Shown here: positions 31,340-41,047 of the stretch, piece by piece
Position numbering within the stretch: the stretch's first letter is position 1
How the letters are laid out: every line of letters begins with the position of its first letter
DNA from: a virus
Length of the DNA stretch: 64,000 nucleotides
Strand: one strand, 5' to 3'
Virus record (IMG/VR): IMGVR_UViG_3300027714_000001
Coordinates: 1-64,000 of that record
Position numbers and translations under genes: made by a program
The notes under the pieces: generated by a model
Told to the model about the DNA's origin: nothing
Database searches by the model: none
What the model saw: the letters and a program-made list of their open reading frames with translations, nothing else

Positions 31340-31957
31340 CTTTTTAAGTATGTTATTGTATCTTAATAAATTCTTTCTCTTAAGAACTACTTTTGCCACT
31401 AATGGGCAATTTCACATCGGTATAGTTGTTAGTATCACATACAGTATCTCGTACGTCACTAACCCTAACCCCGCAGGTTACTGTGTCAAACAGGGGATAT
31501 TTATTAAGTAGTTAAAGTTTATACCTACAGTGTAAAACATTTTTATTTTAGCTATAATAGCAATTTTGTATTCTTTACCCTCAGCCCCAAGCCAGTGTAC
31601 CCTGTCTAAAAAATTTATACGACGCAGTTCTCAGTCCATATAAAGCGATTTTTGGGATCGACCGTGCCTTCAAAGTACTTGCGTACCAACCTCCTGTCAT
31701 ATCCTCCGTTACAGAAGACAACCGATTAGTGCCCCACTAGCGGGCATTAGGTTTCTATAGTAATTTAGTAGTCGGGGATCAATCCTGTACCGTTTCCTAT
31801 AGGGTGAATTTGCTAATTCACGGGGTGTTACAGTTGTGGCCTACTCTACGTATTTATCCCACATACCGAAAAAGGTTGATATGTAGTTATACTGGATTTG
31901 CGCTCACGAAAATATAGTTAAAAAATGAATTACAAGATATTAATAATCTCGAACTAA
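31340..31957 (-). ncRNA. Long structured leader / candidate ncRNA (or origin region) upstream of glyA-obp
   Basis: ~620 nt without a credible ORF, downstream of a consensus promoter; several hairpins and long-range complementary blocks. Confidence 0.45.
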
Positions 31958-31963
31958 GGACAT

Positions 31964-31992
31964 ATTATACTTTATATGGTTGTTTTTGTCAA
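31964..31992 (-). promoter_or_regulatory. Consensus sigma70 promoter
   Basis: TTGACA-17-TATAAT on minus strand. Confidence 0.85.
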
Positions 31993-32001
31993 GATGTTTT
32001 T

Positions 32002-32592
32002 TTATTTTTTGGAACTGCAACCCGCTTTTTTGACTATACTAATATACAAGAGTATATCTTCAATAGCTTGTTCAACGGTAAAGTTATTGAATACATCAGC
32101 AGTTTTAATGCCGTCAATCTGTATGTAATCTCTGGAGTCTAGCATAAAGTTAGTCTCTCCACGATGCAGGTGCAATATAATAATGTTTTCTTTACCGAAT
32201 CTATTAGCAAGTACATTTACTTCGTCAGGAAAGCCTCCGTCACTGTATACACAATCTTTATTACTATGTATGTGTCTAGCACAGTCTACGGAAGAAAGCT
32301 GCCCAAAGTAGTCTTTACCAAAATGGGGCTTACACATAACCTCTGATATGTGTATAAGAAAACCTCTAGGACTAAATCCTAATAGTGCTTTATTGGGTAT
32401 TTCTTTTATAGACCTGTCATTGTATATTGTAAAGTACTGATCTCTAGTTAATCCTGTCATAGCTAAAGCTATATTATGTAGTGCTGTTTTAAACTCTAAA
32501 TGAGCACCCCCCAATTCTTTAACCAGCTTTAGGGCTAAAGTATCTTTACCAGACCCTGGAGGCCCGTTTAGTATGATTATTTTATTTTTCAT
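32002..32592 (-). CDS. Deoxynucleoside monophosphate kinase
   Basis: NGPPGSGKDT P-loop; SDGGFPDE; DSRDY. Confidence 0.8.
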   Translation of the reverse strand: MKNKIIILNGPPGSGKDTLALKLVKELGGAHLEFKTALHNIALAMTGLTRDQYFTIYNDRSIKEIPNKALLGFSPRGFLIHISEVMCKPHFGKDYFGQLSSVDCARHIHSNKDCVYSDGGFPDEVNVLANRFGKENIIILHLHRGETNFMLDSRDYIQIDGIKTADVFNNFTVEQAIEDILLYISIVKKAGCSSKK

Positions 32593-32791
32593 TTAATAGT
32601 CTCTTTTCTAGTGCAAGGTTCTCTAGATCTGAAAGCTTTAACATTCTGACTCGTATTTCTAATTGGTCTTGTAGTTCTTGGTTTTGCTCTTTAAGTGCTA
32701 AAATGTCTTCCCATAAATTATATATAACTTCATCCGTATCTGCCAATAGTTTAACATATTGTAATGTTTTTTCATCTGAGTATAGATTCAT
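32582..32791 (-). CDS. Small coiled-coil hypothetical protein
   Basis: ATG 32791 with AGGA SD. Confidence 0.5.
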   Translation of the reverse strand: MNLYSDEKTLQYVKLLADTDEVIYNLWEDILALKEQNQELQDQLEIRVRMLKLSDLENLALEKRLLNEK

Positions 32792-33134
32792 AAAAATTTC
32801 CTGTTTGTGATTAATTAAACATAGTATACTAAAAAACATACTATATGTCAACATGTTTTTATACTTATTTAGTCGGTATCACCTACCTAATAAATTAAAA
32901 CCGAGCTTGACAAAAGGCGAAAAATAAGATACAGTATATAACTAGAGGAGGAATACTTATGAATGAAATTGTACATGCACTAAACAGAGACTACGGTGGA
33001 GACTGGTTCTATAATATAGAAACTAAACTGTACGAAGACTTTGAGTCCGATAACATCTTTATGCCCGAAGATGTATCCTTGTAGCACGGAAAGCTACTTA
33101 CTATAATTAATCTACCAGCAAGGAATACCCATAC

Positions 33135-33830
33135 ATGAGCAGTAAACGCGAAAAACCTACTATTAAAAGAAAGTCAACTCCGTTCTGGGACAAAGCCCCA
33201 ATTAAGCCAAAAAATGCAAAACAGAAGTCTTATATAAACGCAATAAGAAATCACTGGATTACACTAGGCACAGGCTACCCTGGTACAGGTAAAAGCTACA
33301 TAGCAGCAGCACTAGCGGCAGAAATGTTAGAAGATCCTAGATGCCCAATAGAACGCATAGTTATATGTCGTCCTAATGAGGGCGTTGGGAAGTCAATAGG
33401 TATGTTAAAAGGTGGATTAAACGAAAAAATGATCCCATGGTGTGCCCCTATACTTGACGTATTAAAAGACAAGCTAGGAGAGTCCACAGTAGAGTATTTC
33501 TTAGAAAGAGAAAAAATAGAGCTTTTACCTTTAGAGTATGCACGCGGTAAAAGTTACGACAACACATTCATTATACTAGATGAAGCACAAAACGTAGACA
33601 AAGAGTCGTTAAAATGTCTTATGTTACGTATGGGCAGAGATTCTAAGCTAGTTATTGATGGAGATGTAGGACAGTGTGACATTGGAGAAGCTTCAGGACT
33701 AGCTCAGTTAATACAGCTAACAGCAGACTATGAAACTCCAATAGCCCACGTAGACTTTGACATTGAAGATATTGTACGAAGTGATATGTGTAAGTTTTTA
33801 GTCGGACTATTTGTAGTGGCTAATTTCTAA
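33135..33830 (+). CDS. phoH: PhoH-like ATPase
   Basis: GYPGTGKS, RGKSYDN, ILDEAQN, GDVGQCD, DIVRS. Confidence 0.95.
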   Translation: MSSKREKPTIKRKSTPFWDKAPIKPKNAKQKSYINAIRNHWITLGTGYPGTGKSYIAAALAAEMLEDPRCPIERIVICRPNEGVGKSIGMLKGGLNEKMIPWCAPILDVLKDKLGESTVEYFLEREKIELLPLEYARGKSYDNTFIILDEAQNVDKESLKCLMLRMGRDSKLVIDGDVGQCDIGEASGLAQLIQLTADYETPIAHVDFDIEDIVRSDMCKFLVGLFVVANF

Positions 33831-33837
33831 ATCAATC

Positions 33838-33862
33838 GCCCCGACTATGTTGGGGCTTTTTA
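33838..33862 (+). terminator. Intrinsic terminator after phoH
   Basis: GCCCCGAC..GTTGGGGC + T tract. Confidence 0.75.
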
Positions 33863-33936
33863 ATCTAAAAAACAAATAGACAAATTAGCAAAATACTTAT
33901 ATACTGTATTTTGAGTCAACATATAGGTAATAATAA

Positions 33937-36111
33937 ATGCAAGTAAAGAAAAGAAATGGCAATATTGAGAAATTTGACCCAAATAAAAGCAGACAGTGGG
34001 TTATGTGGTCAGTTGAGGGGTTAAAAGACAGAATAAAAATGGAATACGCAATCCTAGAAGAAACTTTTAACAGATTACCTGAGATTGTTACTACAGAAGA
34101 AATACATCAAACTATAATTAATGTGTGTCTTGATAAAGAAGATATACTATATAGTAGAGTTGCTGCTAAGCTAGAATTAGCTAGCATATACAAAGCTCAA
34201 GAACACAAACTAGGGCTATATAAGCCGTACAATGCAAGCTTCACTGACATTATGGAAAGGATGGAGACTAAAGGATTGTGGGCAGGCGCGTGGCTAAACG
34301 ATGAAGACCTTGTAGAAAAAGAAGACTTAATCAATGAGTGGTTTATAGAGCTAGAGGCACACGCATTAGAGTTTTGTACTATCAAGCAGTGGTCAGATAA
34401 GTATTCTATAAAAATAAAAGGCGAAGCAGTAGAGACACCAGCAGCAGGATGCTTAGCAATAGCTATTGCTTATCATGGAGTTACTGATTTAGCTTTCGGA
34501 GTTGCACAAGATTTAATAACATACAAACTAAACCTACCAACACCAGCATTAAACGGTTGTAGAAACGGTGACTTTAACAGTATCTCATGTTGTATCATAG
34601 AGGCAGGTGACACTGTAGAAAGTATTGACACAGCAGAAGCAATTGCAAGTGCTATGACAGCAAAGAAAGCAGGTATAGGTATTACACTAGATACTAGGTC
34701 TAAAGGTGACCCTGTAAAGAACGGAGCAGTTACTCACTTAGGTAAGCACCCTCTATATAAATCTATTGAGTCTAGCGTTAAAAAATATACACAGCTAACT
34801 CGTGGGGGTTCTGCTACTATGACGTTCAAGGCTATAGACCCAGAAATTATGAAAATGCTGCTTTGGAAAACACAAAGAATTGACTTAGCACAGCGCGTAG
34901 ACAAAATGGACTACAGCTTTGCATATAATGATTTCTTCGTAGAAAGCGTACTTAACAATGATGACTGGTACTTATTCAGCAAGCATTTCGCACCACAAGT
35001 ACATGACAACTTCCATTCACCAAATTACGAAGAATACGTAAAAGAAGCTTTAAACAACAACACCCCACACACTAAAGTAAAGGCTATAGACCTACTAAAA
35101 GAGTTCCTGACAAGCAGATGGGAAACAGGTAGACTTTACTGCATTAACGTGACAAGAACAAACGAACACACGCCCTTTATAGATACTATCGTACAATCTA
35201 ATCTTTGTTTAGAGATAGCTCTACCAACTAAGCCTTACATAGACTTAGATGATTTCAGAGCAGAGAACTCAATCGGAGAGACAGCATTCTGTACTATCGC
35301 AGCATTAAACGTAGCAAATATATCCTTCGAGGAATACCCAGCAGTAGCAGAAAGAGCATTACGTACAGTAACCAAAATGATGGAAAAAGCTCCTTGTCTA
35401 ACTAAAGGGCTAAAGAATTTACTACTATCAAGACGCTCAGTAGGTATAGGTATTACAGGTCTGGCTTCTTTAGTTTATAAGAACGGCCTAGACTACGATG
35501 AATCAAAAGAATCAATAAACTTTATAGAAGAAGCAGCAGAACTACATTATCATTCACTACTAACAGCTAGTCAAAAAATGTCAAAAGAAACAGGTATCGA
35601 AGTAAAAGGTATCAAAACTGACTGGCTACCAATAGATACAAAGAAAGGAGACAAAGAACCAGTATTTGATTGGGAAAAGCTTAGAGGTATTCCTAGAATG
35701 CACAGTGTACTAGTAGCTAACATGCCTACTGAGTCTAGCGCAGTATTTAGCAATGCTACAAACGGAGTATATCCTAGCAGAAGTAGAGTAATATACAAGA
35801 AGGCAAGAAAAGGTAAAGTACAATTTATAAGTCAGCATTTTACACCTGACAAGCTAAGTGCTTGGGATGTAAACATGGTACCTTACTACGGAGTAATCCA
35901 AAACTTTGCAGACCAATCAACCTCTGCCGACTACTACACGGATTTTACTAAGTATCCGAATAAAAAAGTACCAATGAAAGAACTAATTAGATGGTTTGTG
36001 AAACAGTGGAAAGCAGGCAGCAAAACCTGTTACTACCAGAACTTCCTAGATACTAGAGGGGAAGAAGTTGAACAAGAGGATTCGTGTGAAGGCGGATCTT
36101 GCAAACTTTAA
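33937..36111 (+). CDS. nrdA: Ribonucleotide reductase class Ia alpha subunit
   Basis: ATP-cone VKKRNG, ISCC, SNLCLEI, MPTESSA, C-terminal CEGGSCKL. Confidence 0.97.
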   Translation: MQVKKRNGNIEKFDPNKSRQWVMWSVEGLKDRIKMEYAILEETFNRLPEIVTTEEIHQTIINVCLDKEDILYSRVAAKLELASIYKAQEHKLGLYKPYNASFTDIMERMETKGLWAGAWLNDEDLVEKEDLINEWFIELEAHALEFCTIKQWSDKYSIKIKGEAVETPAAGCLAIAIAYHGVTDLAFGVAQDLITYKLNLPTPALNGCRNGDFNSISCCIIEAGDTVESIDTAEAIASAMTAKKAGIGITLDTRSKGDPVKNGAVTHLGKHPLYKSIESSVKKYTQLTRGGSATMTFKAIDPEIMKMLLWKTQRIDLAQRVDKMDYSFAYNDFFVESVLNNDDWYLFSKHFAPQVHDNFHSPNYEEYVKEALNNNTPHTKVKAIDLLKEFLTSRWETGRLYCINVTRTNEHTPFIDTIVQSNLCLEIALPTKPYIDLDDFRAENSIGETAFCTIAALNVANISFEEYPAVAERALRTVTKMMEKAPCLTKGLKNLLLSRRSVGIGITGLASLVYKNGLDYDESKESINFIEEAAELHYHSLLTASQKMSKETGIEVKGIKTDWLPIDTKKGDKEPVFDWEKLRGIPRMHSVLVANMPTESSAVFSNATNGVYPSRSRVIYKKARKGKVQFISQHFTPDKLSAWDVNMVPYYGVIQNFADQSTSADYYTDFTKYPNKKVPMKELIRWFVKQWKAGSKTCYYQNFLDTRGEEVEQEDSCEGGSCKL

Positions 36112-36143
36112 AAAACAAATTAAATATTATAAAGGAAAAATGA

Positions 36144-37490
36144 ATGTATACAGTGTATAGTAAAGACAACTGCCCTTGGTGTGTAAAAGCAATCGAGTTA
36201 TTAACAGAACATAACCTAGAACACACCGTAGTTAAAGTAGAGTCTATAGAAGAACTTACTACAAAACTACAAAACTACACAACACTAAATGAGATTAACA
36301 CAGTTCCTCAGATAGTAGAAGACAAGTTTTTAATCGGAGGCTACCAAGACCTAGTAAAAACACTAAAAGGTGCACATGGTATTATAAGCGGAAATAAGAT
36401 ACTCAAAACAAAGAAAACTGTTTTCAACGCTGATAATGTAGGACATGAGACAGGGGAATATCCTTTGTTCTTAGGTGACCAGTTAGGTTTCCTAGACACA
36501 ATCAATACTCCTTACCCTGTACTAGACGAGCTATACCAAGCTCAGCTATCACAAATCTGGAACGAGTTTGAGATAGACCTTACACAAGACAGACAAGATA
36601 TGATTAATGCTCGTCCCGAAGTTGTAGACCTTATGGTAAAGACAATCTTATGGCAACATCTAGCAGACTCTATTGCTTCTAGGTCAATTACAGGTATCCT
36701 TATGGATTACGTGTCTAACTCAGACTTAGAAAGCTGGTACAACTGCGTAGCGTTATTCGAAACAATACATGCTAGAAGCTACAGTTTAATTATCAAGCAG
36801 ACATTCAATAACCCTAACGAAGCGTTAAAGAATGGCTACGAAGATTTACAAGTAATACAGCGTTCAGATATATTACGTGACGCATTTGACGGATTAGGCA
36901 ACTTACCTTTCGATGCGCCTAGAGAAGAAAAAGAAGAAAAACTGTATATTGCAATAGCTGCATTGTATATGTTAGAAAGCTTAAACTTCATGGCATCATT
37001 TGCTATTACGTTCGGTATTGTAGAAACAGGAATCATGCAGGGTATTGGTCAAATAGTATCACTAATCTGTCGTGACGAATTGTTACACGCAAGAGGTGGA
37101 CGAGAAGTTCTAAATATCGAGTTTAAGAGAAATCCAGAACTTGCTAAGAGACTTAGACCTCACTTCCAGAAAATGTTTGACGCTATCGTGTCCACAGAAT
37201 TAGAATGGACAGACTATTTGTTCAGTCAGGGTCGTCAAGTAATTGGACTAAGCCCTGAGCTTATCAAAAAGTACGTATTGTTTATGGCACAGCCTGTAGC
37301 AAATACTTTAGGTCTAGTAACAGAAAAGATAGAAACTACTCCATTACCGTACATGGAGACTTACATTGACTCTAGTAAGGTTCAAGTTGCTGCACAAGAG
37401 CTACAGCTAACTTCATACCTAGTAAACTCAGTGTCCCCTCTAACAGATCAAGACGAGTTTCTAGCAGAACTTCGAGGAGAAATGTATTAA
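36144..37490 (+). CDS. nrdB: Glutaredoxin-NrdB fusion (RNR beta subunit)
   Basis: N-terminal YSKDNCPWC..TVPQI..IGGY glutaredoxin; ETIHARSY and RDELLH di-iron motifs. Confidence 0.93.
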   Translation: MYTVYSKDNCPWCVKAIELLTEHNLEHTVVKVESIEELTTKLQNYTTLNEINTVPQIVEDKFLIGGYQDLVKTLKGAHGIISGNKILKTKKTVFNADNVGHETGEYPLFLGDQLGFLDTINTPYPVLDELYQAQLSQIWNEFEIDLTQDRQDMINARPEVVDLMVKTILWQHLADSIASRSITGILMDYVSNSDLESWYNCVALFETIHARSYSLIIKQTFNNPNEALKNGYEDLQVIQRSDILRDAFDGLGNLPFDAPREEKEEKLYIAIAALYMLESLNFMASFAITFGIVETGIMQGIGQIVSLICRDELLHARGGREVLNIEFKRNPELAKRLRPHFQKMFDAIVSTELEWTDYLFSQGRQVIGLSPELIKKYVLFMAQPVANTLGLVTEKIETTPLPYMETYIDSSKVQVAAQELQLTSYLVNSVSPLTDQDEFLAELRGEMY

Positions 37491-37959
37491 AGCTATATTT
37501 GCTAACGATTTGGCAGGTGGTTTTGGAAATAAGGGAGGCCTACCCTGGCCTTCCAACTCTATAGACCTACAACACTTTAAGAAACAAACCCAAGGAGCTT
37601 ATATAATTATGGGCAGGAACACTTGGGAAACTTTACCAAAACTAAAAAATAGAACTCCTGTAGTGGTGTCTTCTAAAATAGGTAAAAATAAAGGGCTTTG
37701 GATACCTTCGGACATACTACAACAAGAACTAGAAGACTGTTGGCAAGGAGAAACTAACGCTTTCCTTATAGGAGGAGCTAAACTGCTAACACCTCAAAAT
37801 TTAAAGTTATGTACTAGCATAATTCATACTACTATAAAAGAAGTATATTACTCATGTGATACATATATCAATGAGAACACATTAGGGTTTCTAGGCACAC
37901 TAGACTCTCATCTAATCTACGAAGACAAGCATATAGAAATAAGAGAACATATCGTATAA
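37486..37959 (+). CDS. folA: Dihydrofolate reductase (probable ATT start)
   Basis: IKAIFA..GFGNKGGLPW, DLQHFK, IMGRNTWETLPKLKNR, IGG. Confidence 0.9.
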   Translation: MKAIFANDLAGGFGNKGGLPWPSNSIDLQHFKKQTQGAYIIMGRNTWETLPKLKNRTPVVVSSKIGKNKGLWIPSDILQQELEDCWQGETNAFLIGGAKLLTPQNLKLCTSIIHTTIKEVYYSCDTYINENTLGFLGTLDSHLIYEDKHIEIREHIV

Positions 37960-38804
37960 TGAAAAATTACTTAAATCTAATACATAAAATAATACTAGAA
38001 GGGGAAGATTCAAACGACCGTACAGGAGTAGGCACTAAGTCTATCTTTGGTACTCGTATGGAATGGGATTTAAAGAAAGGATTCCCCGCAGTAACTTGTA
38101 AGACATTAGCGTGGAAGTCAGTAGTATCAGAACTATTATGGTTTTTATCAGGATCTTCTAACCTAGAACATTTACGTACTAGACTACATGGGTATGGTAG
38201 TGATAAATCTACTATATGGGATGCTAACTACAAAAATCAAGGTAGAGCCTTAGGATACACTAAAGGCAATCTTGGGCCTATATATGGACACCAGTGGCGC
38301 AACTTTAACGGTATAGACCAGATAAAAAATCTATTAATGTCAATACGCATGGGAAATGCTACAGGAGTACACAGTAGACGTAATATAGTTACTGCTTGGA
38401 ATGTACCAGATATTCCACATATGACGTTACCTCCCTGCCACCACACCTTTCAAGTGCATGTAAATAAAAATAAAGAGCTAAGCTTAATGTGGCATCAGAG
38501 GTCTGTAGATGTATTTCTAGGATTGCCATTTAACATAGCAAGTTACGCTTTGCTTACACACATATTAGCTGAGATAACTGGCTGTACTGTTGGAAATCTA
38601 ATATTTACTGGAGGAGATACTCACATATACAAAAACCATATGGTATCTATAGCAGAGCTAATGGAAAGAAGTCCTGGACTGCTTCCAGAATTAGTTATTC
38701 CTAATCTAACAGACTTAGACTCTGTACTACAGTCTCCTATAGAAAACTTTAAACTTAATAACTACAATCCGCAAGGAAAAATCGTAGCACCAATGGCTAT
38801 TTAG
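37959..38804 (+). CDS. thyA: Thymidylate synthase
   Basis: DRTGVGT, ELLWFL, LPPCH, QRSVDVFLGLPFNIASY, DTHIY. Confidence 0.97.
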   Translation: MKNYLNLIHKIILEGEDSNDRTGVGTKSIFGTRMEWDLKKGFPAVTCKTLAWKSVVSELLWFLSGSSNLEHLRTRLHGYGSDKSTIWDANYKNQGRALGYTKGNLGPIYGHQWRNFNGIDQIKNLLMSIRMGNATGVHSRRNIVTAWNVPDIPHMTLPPCHHTFQVHVNKNKELSLMWHQRSVDVFLGLPFNIASYALLTHILAEITGCTVGNLIFTGGDTHIYKNHMVSIAELMERSPGLLPELVIPNLTDLDSVLQSPIENFKLNNYNPQGKIVAPMAI

Positions 38805-38933
38805 AAAATTTTAGTTGACTCTACAAGACCGCTACTGTATAATTTACTTATGCCGTAGCGGTTTTTCTGTATGTAAATAACCACTACTTCAAGGATAAGA
38901 ACACAGAAAGTTAATTAAGGAGTAATTAATACT

Positions 38934-39260
38934 ATGACGGGATTAGATTTTGCTTGGGCTTTTGAAAAAATATGGGTAGCAATATTCGCATATATCTTTT
39001 GGAAAAGCAAGGAGCTTAAAAAAGAAAACAAACAAAGAGACACAGACATTCAAAACTTACAATTAGCCCAGGCTAGAGCTTCAACTATATTTATTACTGA
39101 GACTCAAATGAAAGAAGCAGTTAGGGAAGCTTTATTGCCTTACAAAGAAGGCCAACAAGAAATAAAGATACTCCTAAAAGGCTTAAACGATCACATCTTC
39201 ACATTAAGTAAAGATGTGGCAGTACAACATGCTATAGGGGCGTTAAACAATGATAAATAA
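38934..39260 (+). CDS. Membrane-anchored coiled-coil protein
   Basis: N-terminal hydrophobic helix followed by coiled coil; AAGGAG SD. Confidence 0.6.
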   Translation: MTGLDFAWAFEKIWVAIFAYIFWKSKELKKENKQRDTDIQNLQLAQARASTIFITETQMKEAVREALLPYKEGQQEIKILLKGLNDHIFTLSKDVAVQHAIGALNNDK

Positions 39261-39633
39261 ACTTTTACTAGTAAACAGTGCGGAAGACGAAAGTCTACTA
39301 AAGTATCTAAAAGATAGTGGCTACTTAATAGTGTTTTGCAAGCCCAATGAGATAATAAAGACATGCAAGAAAGTAGCTCCTCAAATAATACTAATTCTAG
39401 ATATGCAGGACGATCTAGAATTAGTAGAGTTATTAAGTAACCCTGACATATCTAGTATACCTGCTATTCACGCTACAACAGGATACCCAGTAGACGATAC
39501 TTCTAAACATACAAAGTTTTTTGATATATCAAAGAAAGTAAACATTTATAAATCACTTATAAACATGAAGATTATATCAGACAAACTATCAAATATTATA
39601 GCAAAACAAGTTGACATAGAGGATGCTTTCTAG
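39250..39633 (+). CDS. CheY-like receiver-domain protein (degenerate)
   Basis: KLLLV..ED...GY.....APQIILILD...IPAI pattern. Confidence 0.5.
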   Translation: MINKLLLVNSAEDESLLKYLKDSGYLIVFCKPNEIIKTCKKVAPQIILILDMQDDLELVELLSNPDISSIPAIHATTGYPVDDTSKHTKFFDISKKVNIYKSLINMKIISDKLSNIIAKQVDIEDAF

Positions 39634-39795
39634 TATAATTGCATTTCAGATTTGAGAAAAGCGTTTTACAAAACAGTTTAAAAAACATCTTGCTATACAA
39701 GCCATTCTTTGCTATAATATGTTTCTGGAATTGAGAAAAAGCATAAAAAAGAAAACAAAAAACATCTTGCTATATCGGTCATAACTTGATATAAT
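39611..39795 (+). promoter_or_regulatory. Three tandem strong promoters ~78 bp apart at the start of the tRNA region
   Basis: TTGACA/TTGCTA-17-TATAAT at 39611, 39690 and 39767. Confidence 0.85.
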
Positions 39796-39828
39796 AGATT
39801 TTCAAATTAACTAAAAGAGAGAAAAATT

Positions 39829-40113
39829 ATGGGAAAGAAAACTAGCAATAAAGGTAAAGGTAGCTACGCAACTTATCAAGCAGAGGGTCGCCGAGATAAA
39901 AACCGTACTGCTCGTTTGCTAAAGCATCTTAAAGCTTACCCCGAGGATGCAGCAGCACAGTCTGCACTTAAACGAGCTAAGCCCCCACGCAGAGCTTCAG
40001 GTAAAAAAGGTAACTTTCCTGCACAAAAAACGTATCATATCTTAACTACAGCAGGTCACAAGGTAGAAATGCCCACGTTTGACCCTACAGTGCCAAAACT
40101 TGTAACTAAATAA
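39829..40113 (+). CDS. Basic hypothetical protein
   Basis: GAGAG SD, K/R-rich ORF, followed by hairpin 40119-40140. Confidence 0.7.
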   Translation: MGKKTSNKGKGSYATYQAEGRRDKNRTARLLKHLKAYPEDAAAQSALKRAKPPRRASGKKGNFPAQKTYHILTTAGHKVEMPTFDPTVPKLVTK

Positions 40114-40323
40114 CAGACTAGCCGAGCAACTGCTCGGCTACTTCTTGGAGAATAACATGAGAAACTTCGTAGCAAAATATGCTAGAATAAACAGAGCCTC
40201 TACACACAGAGACAAAACAAAATACCAACGCGGTTGGGAAATGGACTGGGACGAAATTGAGCCTCCACAATAGTTCTAACAAGAGACATTGTGCAGATTT
40301 AATTAACCCAAAAGGAACAACAA

Positions 40324-40959
40324 ATGATTGATGAAAATGCAGTAGAAGACGGCAGCAAACAAGCAGTTCGCAAAGAAACTCAAGATATTATTGACGCTTC
40401 TATGGATCACCAGTTTCAAGAGAATATGCGTAAGTATACTTTAGTAGGTGAGTTAAGTAACTGGCGTACTAATATGAAAGACAATAAACGTCGTCAACAA
40501 ATACTTAGCGGTCGAGCTAAGATTCTAGACCTAGTAAATAAAGCATGTTCGAGCTAATCCCACAAGATTGGGCAAAGCGTAGAACGCATACAAAACGGGA
40601 GAAGCCTGTAGCAATACAGGTATTCGACTACAAGCAAATTAATAACCATTTCTGTACTATAATAGTTCATTTTGAAGATGGCAGTTCTAAGGAGTTACTC
40701 TCTAGAGTTGTACAAAATCACATAACTAAAACTTGGGTGGTAGATGGAATGGAATACTCAGTGAGGGTAACATATAATGGAGATTAAAATGACACCAACT
40801 TTTCTAGAAGCTTTGAAAGCCTCACTAAAAATTAGCCTTTCTGAGCCTTCTTATAACATTATGAAAGATGCCTCGGCAGAAGATGACCCAGAAGTAGTAG
40901 AAATGTTAATAGGCAGAGCTGTTGTAAATGAACTTATAACGGACGCATTAAAAGATTAA
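40324..40959 (+). CDS. Three small overlapping hypothetical genes (40324-40557, 40545-40787, 40777-40959)
   Basis: Coupled ORFs. Confidence 0.6.
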
Positions 40960-40964
40960 AATAT

Positions 40965-41041
40965 GTGCGTGGGGCTGGATGGGTTTAGGCTGCGGATTGC
41001 AAACTCGTATCAAGCAGGTTCGATTCCTGTCACGTACTCCA
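40965..41041 (+). tRNA. tRNA-Cys(GCA)
   Basis: Cloverleaf, U73, encoded CCA. Confidence 0.9.
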
Positions 41042-41047
41042 AATTAC

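Noticed and set aside
31340-31957. Known glycine, THF or ZTP riboswitch before glyA
   Set aside because: No consensus motifs recognisable by eye; kept only as an unknown structured leader
291-38446. Short antisense or alternative-frame ORFs within long genes
   Set aside because: Shadow ORFs of well-supported genes
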